Notes under the pieces: generated by a model
Databases searched by the model: none
Told to the model about the DNA's origin: nothing
The model's input: only the letters and a program-made list of their open reading frames with translations
Translations under genes and position numbers: made by a program
Part shown: piece after piece, positions 27,099 to 37,968 of the stretch
Numbering within the stretch: position 1 is the stretch's first letter
Layout: every line of letters starts with the position of its first letter
Assembly: GCA_964343705.1 (NCBI GenBank)
Contig: CAYFJX010000001.1
Coordinates: 6,100-70,099, forward strand
Reading direction: 5' to 3'
Length of the DNA stretch: 64,000 bases
Origin: an uncultured Methanosarcinales archaeon
GTDB taxonomy: Archaea; Nanobdellota; Nanobdellia; Woesearchaeales; UBA12501

Positions 27099-28604
27099 AT
27101 GACACTTACAATCATCCATGGACACACACAGAAGAATCTCAAGAAGTGGACAGGCAAAAAATGGTACCACCAACGTTTTGATGGGTCCCCCTACCTATTG
27201 CACTTTATTGCTGAGGCTGAGATTGCAAAAGAACCACGCAAATTAGATGGCCACAACTATGTACATTACTGCTTTTTTGATAATGGCAAGGCAGACTGGT
27301 ACATTGAAATGGTGGACATCAAAAGAATTTACACCAGTGTAATCACCGCAGGAAAGAGCAATCCAAAAATTAGCACGCAGTTTCTTGCTGATTGGAAAAA
27401 TGATGAACATGAATTCTATGAAAAATGCATAGAGATAGGTAACACCAATCTCTCAGAGCTTCGTGATACTGAGCTTCTTGCATTGCATGATGATTTCCTA
27501 CATATAACCCTACGACGTAACAGCAGCAGCTCAGTTATTGATGGTTTTGCACTTGGAACAGACACACTTATTGCAGAAAAAATAAAGGTAGTGTATGAAA
27601 CTTCCAAGCTCAAAGAGACAATGAGATCAACAGAAGTATTTTCCATACTCACAGCCCCAGTTCATCTTTCATTTATCAATCATGCAGAAGTTGCCCTCCT
27701 GAAACTAGCAGTAGCAGTCAAGAAAGACCCCAACAGAAAAGAAGACCTACTTGCAGAACATCAAAAGAACTTTTTTTGGATTCGAAATAATTATGTTGAT
27801 GCAAATGTACTAGATACTGTATACTTTAACGAAGAATTAGACAAGATTTTTTCAATTAACATTGATGTTGAAGAAGAAATAAAGAAAATAGAGGAAACAC
27901 CTCAAGTAAACAAAAATAGAAAAGCAGAGCTTATGAAAAAACTTACATTAGATGATGAACTCAAACTGTTAATTAAAGTGTCAGAAGATTTTACCTATTG
28001 GCAAGATGAAAGAAAAAAGGCAACATTCTGGACTGCACACTATGCAACACTAATCCTTGAAGAAATTGGCAAGAGGGTAGGAATAAGTGCAGATCTTCTC
28101 AAATACGCAAGCCCACGGGAAATCGCTGCAGTGTTCAAAAAAGAAATCACCCAGGAAGAGCTCACAGAACGACAAAAGAATAGCGTGTTTTATTGGGATA
28201 CTGAGGGACATGAATGTCTCAGTGGAGAAGAGGCAGAAAAAGTAAAACAAACAATTTTAGGCACCACTGATTTATCAGATGTTGATGACTTCAGAGGCCT
28301 CACTGCAAGCATGGGTAAGGCAACAGGCACAGTAAAAGTCCTTAAATCTGCAAAAGAAGTTGACAAAGTGGAAGAAGGTGACATCCTTGTGGCAGTAATG
28401 ACAAGACCTGATTATGTTCCCGCCATGAAAAAAGCAGCCGCCATAGTAACAGATGAAGGTGGTGTAACGTGTCACGCAGCAATAGTCAGTAGGGAACTTG
28501 GCATCCCATGTATAATCGGCACCAAAATTGCCACAAAGGTTTTAAAAGATGGAATGCAAGCAGAGGTCAACGCTAATCATGGCTGGGTGAAAATAGTAAA
28601 ATAA
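27099..28604 (+). CDS. PEP-utilizing swivel-domain protein, paralog 3
   Basis: KKWYHQRF, NFFWIRNNY, WQDERKK, and C-terminus GDILVAVMTRPDYVPAMKKAAAIVTDEGGVTCHAAIVSRELGIPCIIGT. Confidence 0.75.
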   Translation: MTLTIIHGHTQKNLKKWTGKKWYHQRFDGSPYLLHFIAEAEIAKEPRKLDGHNYVHYCFFDNGKADWYIEMVDIKRIYTSVITAGKSNPKISTQFLADWKNDEHEFYEKCIEIGNTNLSELRDTELLALHDDFLHITLRRNSSSSVIDGFALGTDTLIAEKIKVVYETSKLKETMRSTEVFSILTAPVHLSFINHAEVALLKLAVAVKKDPNRKEDLLAEHQKNFFWIRNNYVDANVLDTVYFNEELDKIFSINIDVEEEIKKIEETPQVNKNRKAELMKKLTLDDELKLLIKVSEDFTYWQDERKKATFWTAHYATLILEEIGKRVGISADLLKYASPREIAAVFKKEITQEELTERQKNSVFYWDTEGHECLSGEEAEKVKQTILGTTDLSDVDDFRGLTASMGKATGTVKVLKSAKEVDKVEEGDILVAVMTRPDYVPAMKKAAAIVTDEGGVTCHAAIVSRELGIPCIIGTKIATKVLKDGMQAEVNANHGWVKIVK

Positions 28605-28628
28605 ACAGAATAAAGGAATAATACCACA

Positions 28629-30098
28629 ATGACAAAAACAACAGGCAATCAAGCAATAACAAAAGAAACCATCTTCAAACAGATTAAGAAGAAGTGGTAT
28701 GCGCAAGGATTTAACTGCACACCCTTACTTCTAGGTGGACCTGGCCTCAGCGGATTTGATGTCAAGCCAACATTAGGAGATAATTATAAGAGCTTTCTGT
28801 GGGAATTCAAAAACGAGTACGGTAAAATGTACTATGCTGTTGATGACCTAGAACGACTTGGCAAACTACTTGTTGCCAAAATCAAAAAAGAAAAAAACTA
28901 CATTGACATGCTTAGGAAAAAAGATCAAAAACGGCAAGAAAAAACAATACAAGATGTTATTGCAATCCCAGAAAAGGAATACAAAAACCTGTCTGACAAA
29001 GAATTATACAATCTTCTTCGTAAAGCAGCAAAAGCAAACAGAGACGTTGGAAAAATATCCCACATAATAGAAGGATTTTCTCTCACAGCAGACACTGAAA
29101 TAAAAGAACGACTCGAGAAGTATGTAAAAGATAGAAAAAAACTCAACAAATACCTCTCACTTCTATCCACACCAACAGAGCGCTCATTTATCAACGAACG
29201 AGAAGAGGACCTACATGAGATTGCACAGATTACAGACAAGGACAAACGAAAAAAAGCAATAGAAAAACATCTTAAGAAATTTTACTGGGTGCAAAACACG
29301 TATGCTGGACGTGTACGACTTACACCAGAAGAAATAGAAAAAGAATTAAGCACACTTCAGTATGAAGCAATTGACTTTGCAAAAATAGAACAAGAAAAAA
29401 ATGAAGCACTCAAACTCCTGCAACTTGATGAAGAACTAACCATGCTACTTCAGGCATCTGTTGACATCACAAGCTGGCAAGATGAAAGAAAAAAGAACAT
29501 TTTCATTAACATTGATGTAATAGAAGGAGTTATTGAAGAGATAGGTAAGCGATTAGAAATTGACCATAAACTTCTGAGGTACATTACTTACCATGAAGCA
29601 GTTGAAGGGGATATATTCTTGCAAGAAAATCTCAAGGAAACACTCACAACACGACGAGCAGGAATGATCCATTTTGCTGATGACACAAACACAGATGGAA
29701 TTCTTATTGGAGACGAGTACAAAGAATTCCATGAACGTATAGGTGAGGAAGAAAAAAAGCAACTTGAAACAAAAGAATTCAAAGGCATGGCTGCTTGTAC
29801 TGGCATAGCAATTGGAAAAGTTCGCGTTTGCACTAGTCTACAAGCAATACAAGATTTTAAAGAAGGAGAAGTGCTTGTTGCATCCATGACTCGTCCAGAA
29901 TATCTTCCAGCAATGAAAAAAGCATGTGCCATAGTTACTGACGAAGGAGGGATTACCTGCCACGCAGCTATTGTGTCCCGGGAACTTGGTATTCCCTGCA
30001 TCATCGGCACCAAGATTGCAACTAAGACCCTTCAAGATGGTGATACAGTTGAAGTTAAGGCAAACCATGGATTAGTTATAATCAGGGAAAAGGGATGA
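28629..30098 (+). CDS. PEP-utilizing swivel-domain protein, paralog 4
   Basis: KKWYAQGF, KFYWVQNTY, WQDERKK, and C-terminus GEVLVASMTRPEYLPAMKKACAIVTDEGGITCHAAIVSRELGIPCIIGT. Confidence 0.75.
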   Translation: MTKTTGNQAITKETIFKQIKKKWYAQGFNCTPLLLGGPGLSGFDVKPTLGDNYKSFLWEFKNEYGKMYYAVDDLERLGKLLVAKIKKEKNYIDMLRKKDQKRQEKTIQDVIAIPEKEYKNLSDKELYNLLRKAAKANRDVGKISHIIEGFSLTADTEIKERLEKYVKDRKKLNKYLSLLSTPTERSFINEREEDLHEIAQITDKDKRKKAIEKHLKKFYWVQNTYAGRVRLTPEEIEKELSTLQYEAIDFAKIEQEKNEALKLLQLDEELTMLLQASVDITSWQDERKKNIFINIDVIEGVIEEIGKRLEIDHKLLRYITYHEAVEGDIFLQENLKETLTTRRAGMIHFADDTNTDGILIGDEYKEFHERIGEEEKKQLETKEFKGMAACTGIAIGKVRVCTSLQAIQDFKEGEVLVASMTRPEYLPAMKKACAIVTDEGGITCHAAIVSRELGIPCIIGTKIATKTLQDGDTVEVKANHGLVIIREKG

Positions 30099-30111
30099 TA
30101 AGGGAAACTAC

Positions 30112-31614
30112 ATGAAAGCAATTAAGAACGCTGTTATTCCAAAAGAAAAAGTATTTGAGCAAGTCAAGAACAAGTGGTATACACAAGGCTTTAATGGAGC
30201 CCCTATTCTTTCTGCACCAGCTGGCACATTAAGTAGTTTTGACATTGGTGAAACCTTAGGAGATGAGTTTCAACACCAACTTCTTGAGTTCAAAGAAGAT
30301 GTTGCAAAATTACACTACCCTGTTGATGACCTAGAACGCCTATCAAAAATCATACTTACAAAACTTGAAAAAGATAAGAACTTCTTTGAAAAAGTGGAAA
30401 AAAAATACCAAGCAACATTTGACAAAGCATTTCAAGACTTACTTGGAGAAGCACAAACACCTTTTGCTTTTGCAGAGGGGTTGACAGATATTTCCAACAC
30501 AGAACTTGTTGCACTCATTAACAAAGCTTTGGATGTTGTTCGCCTGTCAGTTGGACAAGGCCATATCATAGAAGCTTTTGCATTAACAACTGACAAGCAG
30601 CTTTTGGAATCACTCAGAAAATATATCCCCAATCAAAAAAAACTCAATAGTGCATATGCAAAACTTTCATCCCCCACAAAAAGATCATTTATAGGCAAAA
30701 GTGAAGCAGACCTTGGAAAAATAGCGTGTATTAAGGATGATAAGAAACGAGATGCTGCTATACAAAAACATATAGAAAAATTCTTCTGGATCAAGAACAG
30801 TTTTGCAGGTAAAGTCACCATTTCCCCTGAAGATATTGAAGAGGAATTACCCCTGTACTACAACTACAAAGAAACAGACCTTGGTGCTTTGGAGAAAGAA
30901 CAAAAAGAAATGATCAGTGAGTACAAAATAACTGGAAAAACCCTAACCTTGTTACAAGCCACAAAGTATGTTGCATTATTTCAAGACAATCGAAAAGTGA
31001 ACATGCTCAGGAGCTTTCACTATGGAGATATCCTAATAGAAGAACTTAGCAAGCGGTTAGGAATTGACATTAAACTGGTGAGATATTTGTCTGCATACGA
31101 ATTTAATGAATCAGTATTTACTGATACCACACTAAAAAAGACACTTGAAGAACGACGCAGAGGAACAATAATGTACCATACTCCTAGCGGTGAGGGGATA
31201 CTAACAGGAGATGATTACAAGAAATTCTGCGCGGAATTGCAAAAGGCAAGAGGTGTAGAAATTGATCTAAAACAATTAAATGGCTTATCTGCGTCAGTGG
31301 GAACTGCTTTGGGCAAAGTAAGTATTTGCAGTAGCCTAGACGACATCAACAATTTCGAAAAAGGCGATATTCTTGTTGCATCAATGACCAAGGTTGAGTT
31401 CTTACCTGCAATGAGAAAAGCAGCAGCCATTATTACTGATGAAGGTGGCATCACATGCCATGCAGCAATAGTCAGCAGAGAATTTGGCATCCCTTGCGTT
31501 ATTGGCACCAAACATGCAACAAGAGTTTTGCACAATGGTGATCTTGTCGAAGTACGAGCAAACCATGGAGTGGTAATCATTAAGGAAAGAACCATAGAAC
31601 GGAGTCAACAGTAG
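30112..31614 (+). CDS. PEP-utilizing swivel-domain protein, paralog 5
   Basis: NKWYTQGF, KFFWIKNSF, FQDNRK, and C-terminus GDILVASMTKVEFLPAMRKAAAIITDEGGITCHAAIVSREFGIPCVIGT. Confidence 0.75.
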   Translation: MKAIKNAVIPKEKVFEQVKNKWYTQGFNGAPILSAPAGTLSSFDIGETLGDEFQHQLLEFKEDVAKLHYPVDDLERLSKIILTKLEKDKNFFEKVEKKYQATFDKAFQDLLGEAQTPFAFAEGLTDISNTELVALINKALDVVRLSVGQGHIIEAFALTTDKQLLESLRKYIPNQKKLNSAYAKLSSPTKRSFIGKSEADLGKIACIKDDKKRDAAIQKHIEKFFWIKNSFAGKVTISPEDIEEELPLYYNYKETDLGALEKEQKEMISEYKITGKTLTLLQATKYVALFQDNRKVNMLRSFHYGDILIEELSKRLGIDIKLVRYLSAYEFNESVFTDTTLKKTLEERRRGTIMYHTPSGEGILTGDDYKKFCAELQKARGVEIDLKQLNGLSASVGTALGKVSICSSLDDINNFEKGDILVASMTKVEFLPAMRKAAAIITDEGGITCHAAIVSREFGIPCVIGTKHATRVLHNGDLVEVRANHGVVIIKERTIERSQQ

Positions 31615-31615
31615 A

Positions 31616-32926
31616 ATGCCACTGAAGAAAAAAGTTGGAGGAGTTCTCATTTTCATTGTAACAATTATGGTATTGTTTGTGGTGACTGAAGTTGGCTTGC
31701 GAGCATTCTACCCTCAATTAACACCAACAACAAATGAACCATCCAAAAGTTTTAACCAGTGTGCAGCACAGATTGAATTCAGTGAGCAGGGTGAAAAAAA
31801 GAAGTCAATCATACAAGTACCTGATTTCCTTATATCAGATCCAATTATAATCTATTCAAACAAGGGTAAGAAAAGGGATATACCTATTGAAGCATTACCC
31901 TTTCCTGAACTTAGCGCGATTGGGCTTAAACCAGTACCTTATTGTAAGATCAGTAAAACAAGTGAAAACCCCCCAAACATGGCAAACTACAGATTAAACA
32001 ATCTTGGTATGCGCATGAACAAGGACAGTACGCCAAAGCCACGTGTCGGCACAAAAAGAATCCTTCTCATTGGAGACTCTTTTGTTTTTGGCACAGGAAT
32101 TGACCAGAATGAGACACTTAATTATTTTTTAGACAATCTTCTCCCTGAAAATACCGAAGTGCTTAATGGGGGTATCCCCACACTTTCAAGTCTACAAACA
32201 AACTTGCTTTTTAGCAGCACGTACAAAACACTGGAAGCAGACACAGTAATTTTCTTACAGTACATGAATGATGTAACAGATAACCTTCGTCCATCTTCTA
32301 AGTACCGACGACCAACATACATACCAGAAAATGATACAATAGAAAAAATAATGGCTGAAAAAAAACCTACGAAAAAAGAAAGCCCCCCTCCCAATCCGTT
32401 AATTCACAAATCTCACTTCCTAACGCTGTTTAGTAAGACAATGGAAAAAATTACAACCCCAAAAAAGCCATTGGGTACAAACCCCAGACTCCTTCCTTTG
32501 CTCCAACTGCTAAGAAAACAACCAATACCTGTTATAGAAAAAGCATACATATTCAACTGCGACCAAGTACTTGCTCCACTCAAAGAAGCTGTAGGTGAAA
32601 CTGGTGCACGTTTCATGCTAGTCCATATCCCTTCACGATTAGAAATGGACAGGAAAGCATTTGTAGATACAATTAAGAATCATGCAGACCTCTCTGTGGA
32701 TGAATTTGACCAAGAATTAGTTGGGAGAAAAATAGCAGAATGCGCAAAAGAACACAACATCCCATTCATTAACCTCCAACCATACTTCAAAAAATACACC
32801 ACCCAATCAGGGGCTGAATGGTACAACTCTCATGGCAGTCATTGGTCGCCTAAAGCAACACAATTAACAGCTCGAGTGTTAAACACTGTCCTTAGCAAGG
32901 AATTTAAAAACAGAATAAAAGAATAA
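31616..32926 (+). CDS. SGNH/GDSL-like hydrolase or acyltransferase-fold membrane protein, paralog 1 of 3
   Basis: N-terminal TM, RILLIGDSFVFGTGIDQNETLNYFL (block I Ser), C-terminal EWYNSHGSHWSPKAT. ATG lies 2 nt after the paralog-5 stop. Confidence 0.6.
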   Translation: MPLKKKVGGVLIFIVTIMVLFVVTEVGLRAFYPQLTPTTNEPSKSFNQCAAQIEFSEQGEKKKSIIQVPDFLISDPIIIYSNKGKKRDIPIEALPFPELSAIGLKPVPYCKISKTSENPPNMANYRLNNLGMRMNKDSTPKPRVGTKRILLIGDSFVFGTGIDQNETLNYFLDNLLPENTEVLNGGIPTLSSLQTNLLFSSTYKTLEADTVIFLQYMNDVTDNLRPSSKYRRPTYIPENDTIEKIMAEKKPTKKESPPPNPLIHKSHFLTLFSKTMEKITTPKKPLGTNPRLLPLLQLLRKQPIPVIEKAYIFNCDQVLAPLKEAVGETGARFMLVHIPSRLEMDRKAFVDTIKNHADLSVDEFDQELVGRKIAECAKEHNIPFINLQPYFKKYTTQSGAEWYNSHGSHWSPKATQLTARVLNTVLSKEFKNRIKE

Positions 32927-32965
32927 TAAAAGAATTTTTAAATACCTATAGGAGAACTGACGCAG

Positions 32966-34111
32966 ATGGGTCAAAAAAAACGCATAAAAGACGCTCTTAA
33001 ACAACTCCAAGGAGGAGATGCAAGAACAACTACTGTAGAACTTGAATACCCAAAGAAGATCCGTACAAAAAGTAAGCCACGCGTCTGGTACAATAAGTTT
33101 GTTTTTGCATTGCAAAAAAAACTTGTACCAAGCCACTTCAAAAATTGGCTTCTGGGCACAACAGGAATGAATGTTGGACACGACTGCTGTATCCCTCACG
33201 ATATTTCTTTTGATCCTTACTTTCCAGAACTGATTACACTTGGACCAGGTACGTTAGTAGGTGGTGGTTCAACCCTCAAAGCACACACAGTAAAAGATAA
33301 CAAACTCACACTTGGTAAGATAACCTTTGCTGAACGAGCAATGTGCGGAGGAATGTCTCTAATTCTTCCTGGCGCAGGAATTCAGAAGAATTCAATTCTT
33401 AACATGCATGCGACACTGGACAAAGTTATGCCAGAAGCAGAACTATGGGCAGGTGAACCTGCAAAGTGCACCATGAAGTTTACACCTGAGCTTGTAGATA
33501 AATTCTTTAAGAAAGCAACAACAGACCCTGCTGAGCAAAAGAAATACTACAAAGAAGCAAAAGCAAAGATTCAAGCATTTATCAAAGATCCCAAGCAATC
33601 CTACTTAAAGATTTACTACAATGGAAACCGCGCAGGCGCAGGTAATGACTGGTTTAGGGCACGAAGTACCTTCCGCATTTTTTATAATGGAATTATCACA
33701 GAATTTACCCGACTCCTCCCACACTGCTGGTTCAAAACAGTACTACTTAAAATGATGGGTGCCAAGATTGGCAAAAATTGCTACATTGGAAAAGGAGTTG
33801 TGTTTGATCATATTTATGGCGACATGGTGACATTAGAAGATAATGTGCGTGTTGATGACTATGCTTATTTTGATGGCCATGAATACACTCTTACTCAAAC
33901 AGTATTTGGGCGTGTACTATGTAAAAAAGGTTCCTGGATAAAAAAACACACGTTGATTCGATGTGGTTGTATTATTGGTGAAGGCGCTATTATTGAGAAA
34001 AAAAGCCTTGCTGGTAAAGAAATCCCTGCTGGAGAGGTCTGGGGTGGTGTACCAGCAAAACTCATTAGAAAAGTATCTGACAAAGACCGCGAAGCAAAAA
34101 AACAGTTCTAA
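32966..34111 (+). CDS. Tandem left-handed beta-helix (hexapeptide-repeat) acyltransferase-like protein
   Basis: Two runs of [LIV]-G-x-x-x-x hexapeptide repeats, residues ~60-160 and ~250-370. Confidence 0.65.
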   Translation: MGQKKRIKDALKQLQGGDARTTTVELEYPKKIRTKSKPRVWYNKFVFALQKKLVPSHFKNWLLGTTGMNVGHDCCIPHDISFDPYFPELITLGPGTLVGGGSTLKAHTVKDNKLTLGKITFAERAMCGGMSLILPGAGIQKNSILNMHATLDKVMPEAELWAGEPAKCTMKFTPELVDKFFKKATTDPAEQKKYYKEAKAKIQAFIKDPKQSYLKIYYNGNRAGAGNDWFRARSTFRIFYNGIITEFTRLLPHCWFKTVLLKMMGAKIGKNCYIGKGVVFDHIYGDMVTLEDNVRVDDYAYFDGHEYTLTQTVFGRVLCKKGSWIKKHTLIRCGCIIGEGAIIEKKSLAGKEIPAGEVWGGVPAKLIRKVSDKDREAKKQF

Positions 34112-34162
34112 ACACCTTAAAACTAATAAAAAATAAAAAGGCCAAGGTTCTGAAATACGTAT

Positions 34163-35467
34163 ATGATACTAGAGGTGATACTAGGATTCTGTATACTTTC
34201 AACTACATTATTACTCTTCCAGCAAAAACGGAAGTATAAAAGGCTCAAGAAAGAAATAGAAGATAGTGAATCAGGGGAGATCTGGGACCCAAAAAAATGG
34301 ATGCCAGATAAAGAATCACATTCTAAGCTTGAAGAGGAAATTGAAAATGCACCTCTTGAACCAACCATGCTTAGTTCAAAAAAGCCTTCACAGTACGCTA
34401 TTGATAATAGCCCACAAAGTGAGTATAGTAAAGACCCCACTAAGGAAGGAATGCGTGGTGTTCGAGAAAATCTTTCTGATGCAAGACAACGAATGCCAAC
34501 ACCAAAATCCCTTAAAGAAAAAATAGGAACTATGCTCAAAAATGTGAAAAACATTGCATACAATGGTTTTGACAATACTGTTGGTTTGCCTATTGCACTG
34601 TACCAAAATCATAAAACAAAAAAGCATTTTAAGAAAAACCCAAATAGTAAAGATCCTCTGACATACCTTATGCATGGGTTAGGTCAAAACAGGGGAAGTC
34701 AGTGGCGGCGAGCTCGTGATTTACGTAAAAGAGGTATGCATGCTTATCATTTGAAAGGAAATCATGATCTTGGAAATAAAGGATCCACAGATGAAGCTTT
34801 TGATCAAATAGAAGAGTTTCATGAAGATACTGGACTAGAACGAAAATCAAAAGGACACTACAGAGCATTTAGTGGGCACAGTAGCGGGGGTAATACTGGT
34901 ATTTCCATGGCAAGTGATAAGCGCATAAAAAAGTATGGAATTAACCATGTGCAGGCTGTTGCGCCAACACCTGCTGGCTTTGAAAAATTACGAACTGCAG
35001 AAGTAAAAGCAGCTGGGATTATTATCAATGTTGATCATGAAGATACTCGAAAAAGCAAGCCTGCTCGAAAAGAAGCAATCAGACTTCATCGAGAAAAACC
35101 TAATGTGCCAGTGTATGTTGTTTCGGGTGAGCATGATGCACTTGTTCCACCTGATGATGCAGTATACAAACATGCAAAAGGGTATAAAGTACTGAAAGGA
35201 GAACACACCACTCATTTTGGTACAAGTGGTGTCAATGAAAAAGCAAATAAGGAGCTTAATGAGTTGCTAACTGATAAGTCAGGGTACCGACCAACTGAGT
35301 GGTACAAGCCAAAAACAGGCTCTGTGAAGGAACACAAACGTGACTTTTTAGGACGTGATGAACATGGGCGAAAAGAGCTGCAGAAATGGGAACAAAACAA
35401 AAAAAAGTACCAGGGAGAAAAGCCTGTTGTTGAATATGAAGTTAAGAAACAGAAAAAAGCCGCATAA
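34163..35467 (+). CDS. Lys-rich alpha/beta-hydrolase-fold protein with N-terminal TM
   Basis: HGLGQN oxyanion-type motif, nucleophile elbow FSGHSSGGN (GxSxG), later acidic and His residues (DHED, GEHDALVP, HTTHF). Confidence 0.5.
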   Translation: MILEVILGFCILSTTLLLFQQKRKYKRLKKEIEDSESGEIWDPKKWMPDKESHSKLEEEIENAPLEPTMLSSKKPSQYAIDNSPQSEYSKDPTKEGMRGVRENLSDARQRMPTPKSLKEKIGTMLKNVKNIAYNGFDNTVGLPIALYQNHKTKKHFKKNPNSKDPLTYLMHGLGQNRGSQWRRARDLRKRGMHAYHLKGNHDLGNKGSTDEAFDQIEEFHEDTGLERKSKGHYRAFSGHSSGGNTGISMASDKRIKKYGINHVQAVAPTPAGFEKLRTAEVKAAGIIINVDHEDTRKSKPARKEAIRLHREKPNVPVYVVSGEHDALVPPDDAVYKHAKGYKVLKGEHTTHFGTSGVNEKANKELNELLTDKSGYRPTEWYKPKTGSVKEHKRDFLGRDEHGRKELQKWEQNKKKYQGEKPVVEYEVKKQKKAA

Positions 35468-35525
35468 TTCTAAGAGATATGAAAAACCGAAAGCTTTTTA
35501 TACATGAAGTAATAATAATTACCAA

Positions 35526-36116
35526 ATGGTAAAAAAAATTACCAAAACAGAAATTATTGCACAATATCTCAATGATTATGGTAAAAGATATTATCTCAGA
35601 GAATTAGCCAATATTCTCAACAAACCCCACCAGACTATAAAGCCATATTTACAAGATCTTGTAAAGGAAAAAATACTTCTCAAATTTGAAAGGAAAAACT
35701 TTGTTGAATACGGACTCAACATGAAAAACTCCCAAATTTACGACCACTTAGTTATCACTGAAAAAGAAAAACTCATGAAAAGATTGCAAGAAGACACATA
35801 TTTAAGAGTATTTTTTGAAAAACTCACCCCTTTTTTCCAGCAAAACACATTTATACTTTTTGGCTCAGCAGTAAATAAAATACAAAAAGGGTCAGACATA
35901 GATATTGTAAACATATGGAAAAAAGATGCGAAAAAAGGAATACAAGAATTTGAACAAGTATATAATAAGAAAATCCATGAAATCTCTGTCCCAAGCATAA
36001 AAAAAATCTCCCCTAGATTAATCAAAGAAATATACAAAAAACACCTTATTTTAAACAACACAGAAGAAGTAATAAGATATTTTGGTGAACTTTATGAAAA
36101 AAATCAATTGGTGTAA
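35526..36116 (+). CDS. Minimal nucleotidyltransferase (MNT, Pol-beta-like) with N-terminal wHTH
   Basis: NTase signature FGSAVNKIQKGSDIDIV (G-S...D-x-D). Paired with an overlapping downstream HEPN-like ORF. Confidence 0.65.
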   Translation: MVKKITKTEIIAQYLNDYGKRYYLRELANILNKPHQTIKPYLQDLVKEKILLKFERKNFVEYGLNMKNSQIYDHLVITEKEKLMKRLQEDTYLRVFFEKLTPFFQQNTFILFGSAVNKIQKGSDIDIVNIWKKDAKKGIQEFEQVYNKKIHEISVPSIKKISPRLIKEIYKKHLILNNTEEVIRYFGELYEKNQLV

Positions 36117-36576
36117 AAAGCAAGTAAACGGAATAAAATTAGTAGAGCCAAATGATAATATTAGCCAAGAATATTTTGAAAATGCTGAAGAAAGTTTACA
36201 GGTTCTAAGAAGTATTTATGAAACAAGATCAAATATGTGGCTTGCAACAACAAAATACTATATTGAATATTTCGCTATTTATTCAGTTTTAATGAAAATA
36301 GGAATAAAATGTGAAATACATGATTGCACAATTTTATTAGTAAACTTTCTTGAAAAGGAAAAGATCTTTAAGGAAGGTGTAAGCAAGATTTTAGAAGAAG
36401 ATAAAGGACTAAGAATAGATAACCAATACTATTTAAAGAATAAAGAAGTGCCTATAAATTTTGAAGAATTAGCAGATTTCCTGATTTCAATAAAGAATAT
36501 GCTAGATATGTTAGACAAAGAAAGAATAGAAGAGATTAGGAAAAAGATACAAGATGAAGAAGTAACAAAAACATAA
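36082..36576 (+). CDS. HEPN-like protein (partner of MNT)
   Basis: All-helical 164-aa ORF overlapping the MNT gene 3' end. The canonical Rx4-6H motif is not obvious. Confidence 0.4.
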   Translation: MVNFMKKINWCKKQVNGIKLVEPNDNISQEYFENAEESLQVLRSIYETRSNMWLATTKYYIEYFAIYSVLMKIGIKCEIHDCTILLVNFLEKEKIFKEGVSKILEEDKGLRIDNQYYLKNKEVPINFEELADFLISIKNMLDMLDKERIEEIRKKIQDEEVTKT

Positions 36577-36631
36577 TATACAACCATCAAAAGAGTATGA
36601 TTTATATAAGATATATTTCTACACTCATCTA

Positions 36632-37948
36632 ATGAATCAAAAGAACCAAAAAGAACTTATCAAGAAAGTAAACACCATGAAATGGGAGCATTGGTTGTAT
36701 AGAAACTTCCCTCCTTTTAGTGGCCATATTATTGCTTCTGGAGCATTACCTTCTGAATATGAACGCATGGGGTACCCGGCAAAGGGTGTTGAGGGTTTTA
36801 TTTATGACAGTAACAATTGGTGGCGTTGCATGCCTGTATACGATGCAAGTGCAGATTGGGTAGATGAGTACTTACAAAAGCACACTGTTTTCGAAACAAC
36901 CAAAGCAATCCAGAAACATTATGATAAATACAAAAACAGAATTAAAGAGATTGCTGCTGACACAAGTAGCGACCCAATTGAACAATTTAGGGAAGTATGT
37001 GATATTCTTAGGCCAATCTGTGTGTGGATTTGGATTTGCCACCAGTTTGAAGTATGGATAAAGAAGGAAGTAAAAAAACAAATCCCTCCCTTTCTTAAAA
37101 AAGGAGAAGATCTTGATTTGTATGTGGGGGATATAAGTCTTCCAACAAAAAAGAACCACCATGAGCTCATGGCAGACGCCCTGATTGCAGGACAAGACCC
37201 AAAAGAAGTACATAAAGAATATGGATGGATCAAAGCACGAGGTAGAAGTGGATTTGCAAAAGGGTACACACTTGAAGAAGTAAAGCAAATGCAAAAAGAC
37301 TTACAAAAGAAAAAGAGCCACAAACTTAAACCAAAAAAAGTACCAGCTGAACTTGAAGAACTTCAAAAGCAATTGCAAGAATTAGTGTGGTTTCGCTTAT
37401 TCCGGACAGATATTGCGTACGAATTTGTATATAATTCACACCCACTCTTTGAAAGAGTTGCAAAAGCACGGGGTATTGAAAAAGTAGAAGACTACCTGTA
37501 CACCGACATTCTTGATACAACTAAGGAACCAAAAAAGTATGACCCCAATAATTATGCAGTACTAAAAGAAGGCACCACCCTTCTTATTGTCGACCACGCA
37601 GTCTTGGAACATGATGAAGTCAAAGACACTGAACTTAAAGGAGTGACTGCAATGAGAGGCAAAGCAACAGGCACAGCAAAAATAGTTATGAATGTTAATG
37701 ACATGCACAAAGTCAAGAAAGGAGATATTCTTGTAACTCCCATGACTATTGCACCTTATGTTCCTGCAATGGAGCGATCAGCAGCGTTTGTAACTGACGA
37801 AGGAGGTATTACCTGCCACGCAGCTATTCTCTCGCGAGAAATGAGCAAGCCATGCATTATTGGAACTAAAAAAGCAACCAGTGCATTTAAAGATGGTGAT
37901 GTTCTCGAAGTAGACGCTGATGCAAGCATTGTTAAGAAAATACGATAA
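36632..37948 (+). CDS. PEP-utilizing swivel-domain protein, paralog 6 (most divergent)
   Basis: C-terminus GDILVTPMTIAPYVPAMERSAAFVTDEGGITCHAAILSREMSKPCIIGT. N-terminus has MKWEHWLYRNF. Confidence 0.7.
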   Translation: MNQKNQKELIKKVNTMKWEHWLYRNFPPFSGHIIASGALPSEYERMGYPAKGVEGFIYDSNNWWRCMPVYDASADWVDEYLQKHTVFETTKAIQKHYDKYKNRIKEIAADTSSDPIEQFREVCDILRPICVWIWICHQFEVWIKKEVKKQIPPFLKKGEDLDLYVGDISLPTKKNHHELMADALIAGQDPKEVHKEYGWIKARGRSGFAKGYTLEEVKQMQKDLQKKKSHKLKPKKVPAELEELQKQLQELVWFRLFRTDIAYEFVYNSHPLFERVAKARGIEKVEDYLYTDILDTTKEPKKYDPNNYAVLKEGTTLLIVDHAVLEHDEVKDTELKGVTAMRGKATGTAKIVMNVNDMHKVKKGDILVTPMTIAPYVPAMERSAAFVTDEGGITCHAAILSREMSKPCIIGTKKATSAFKDGDVLEVDADASIVKKIR

Positions 37949-37968
37949 TAACAAAAAATAATAGTTAT

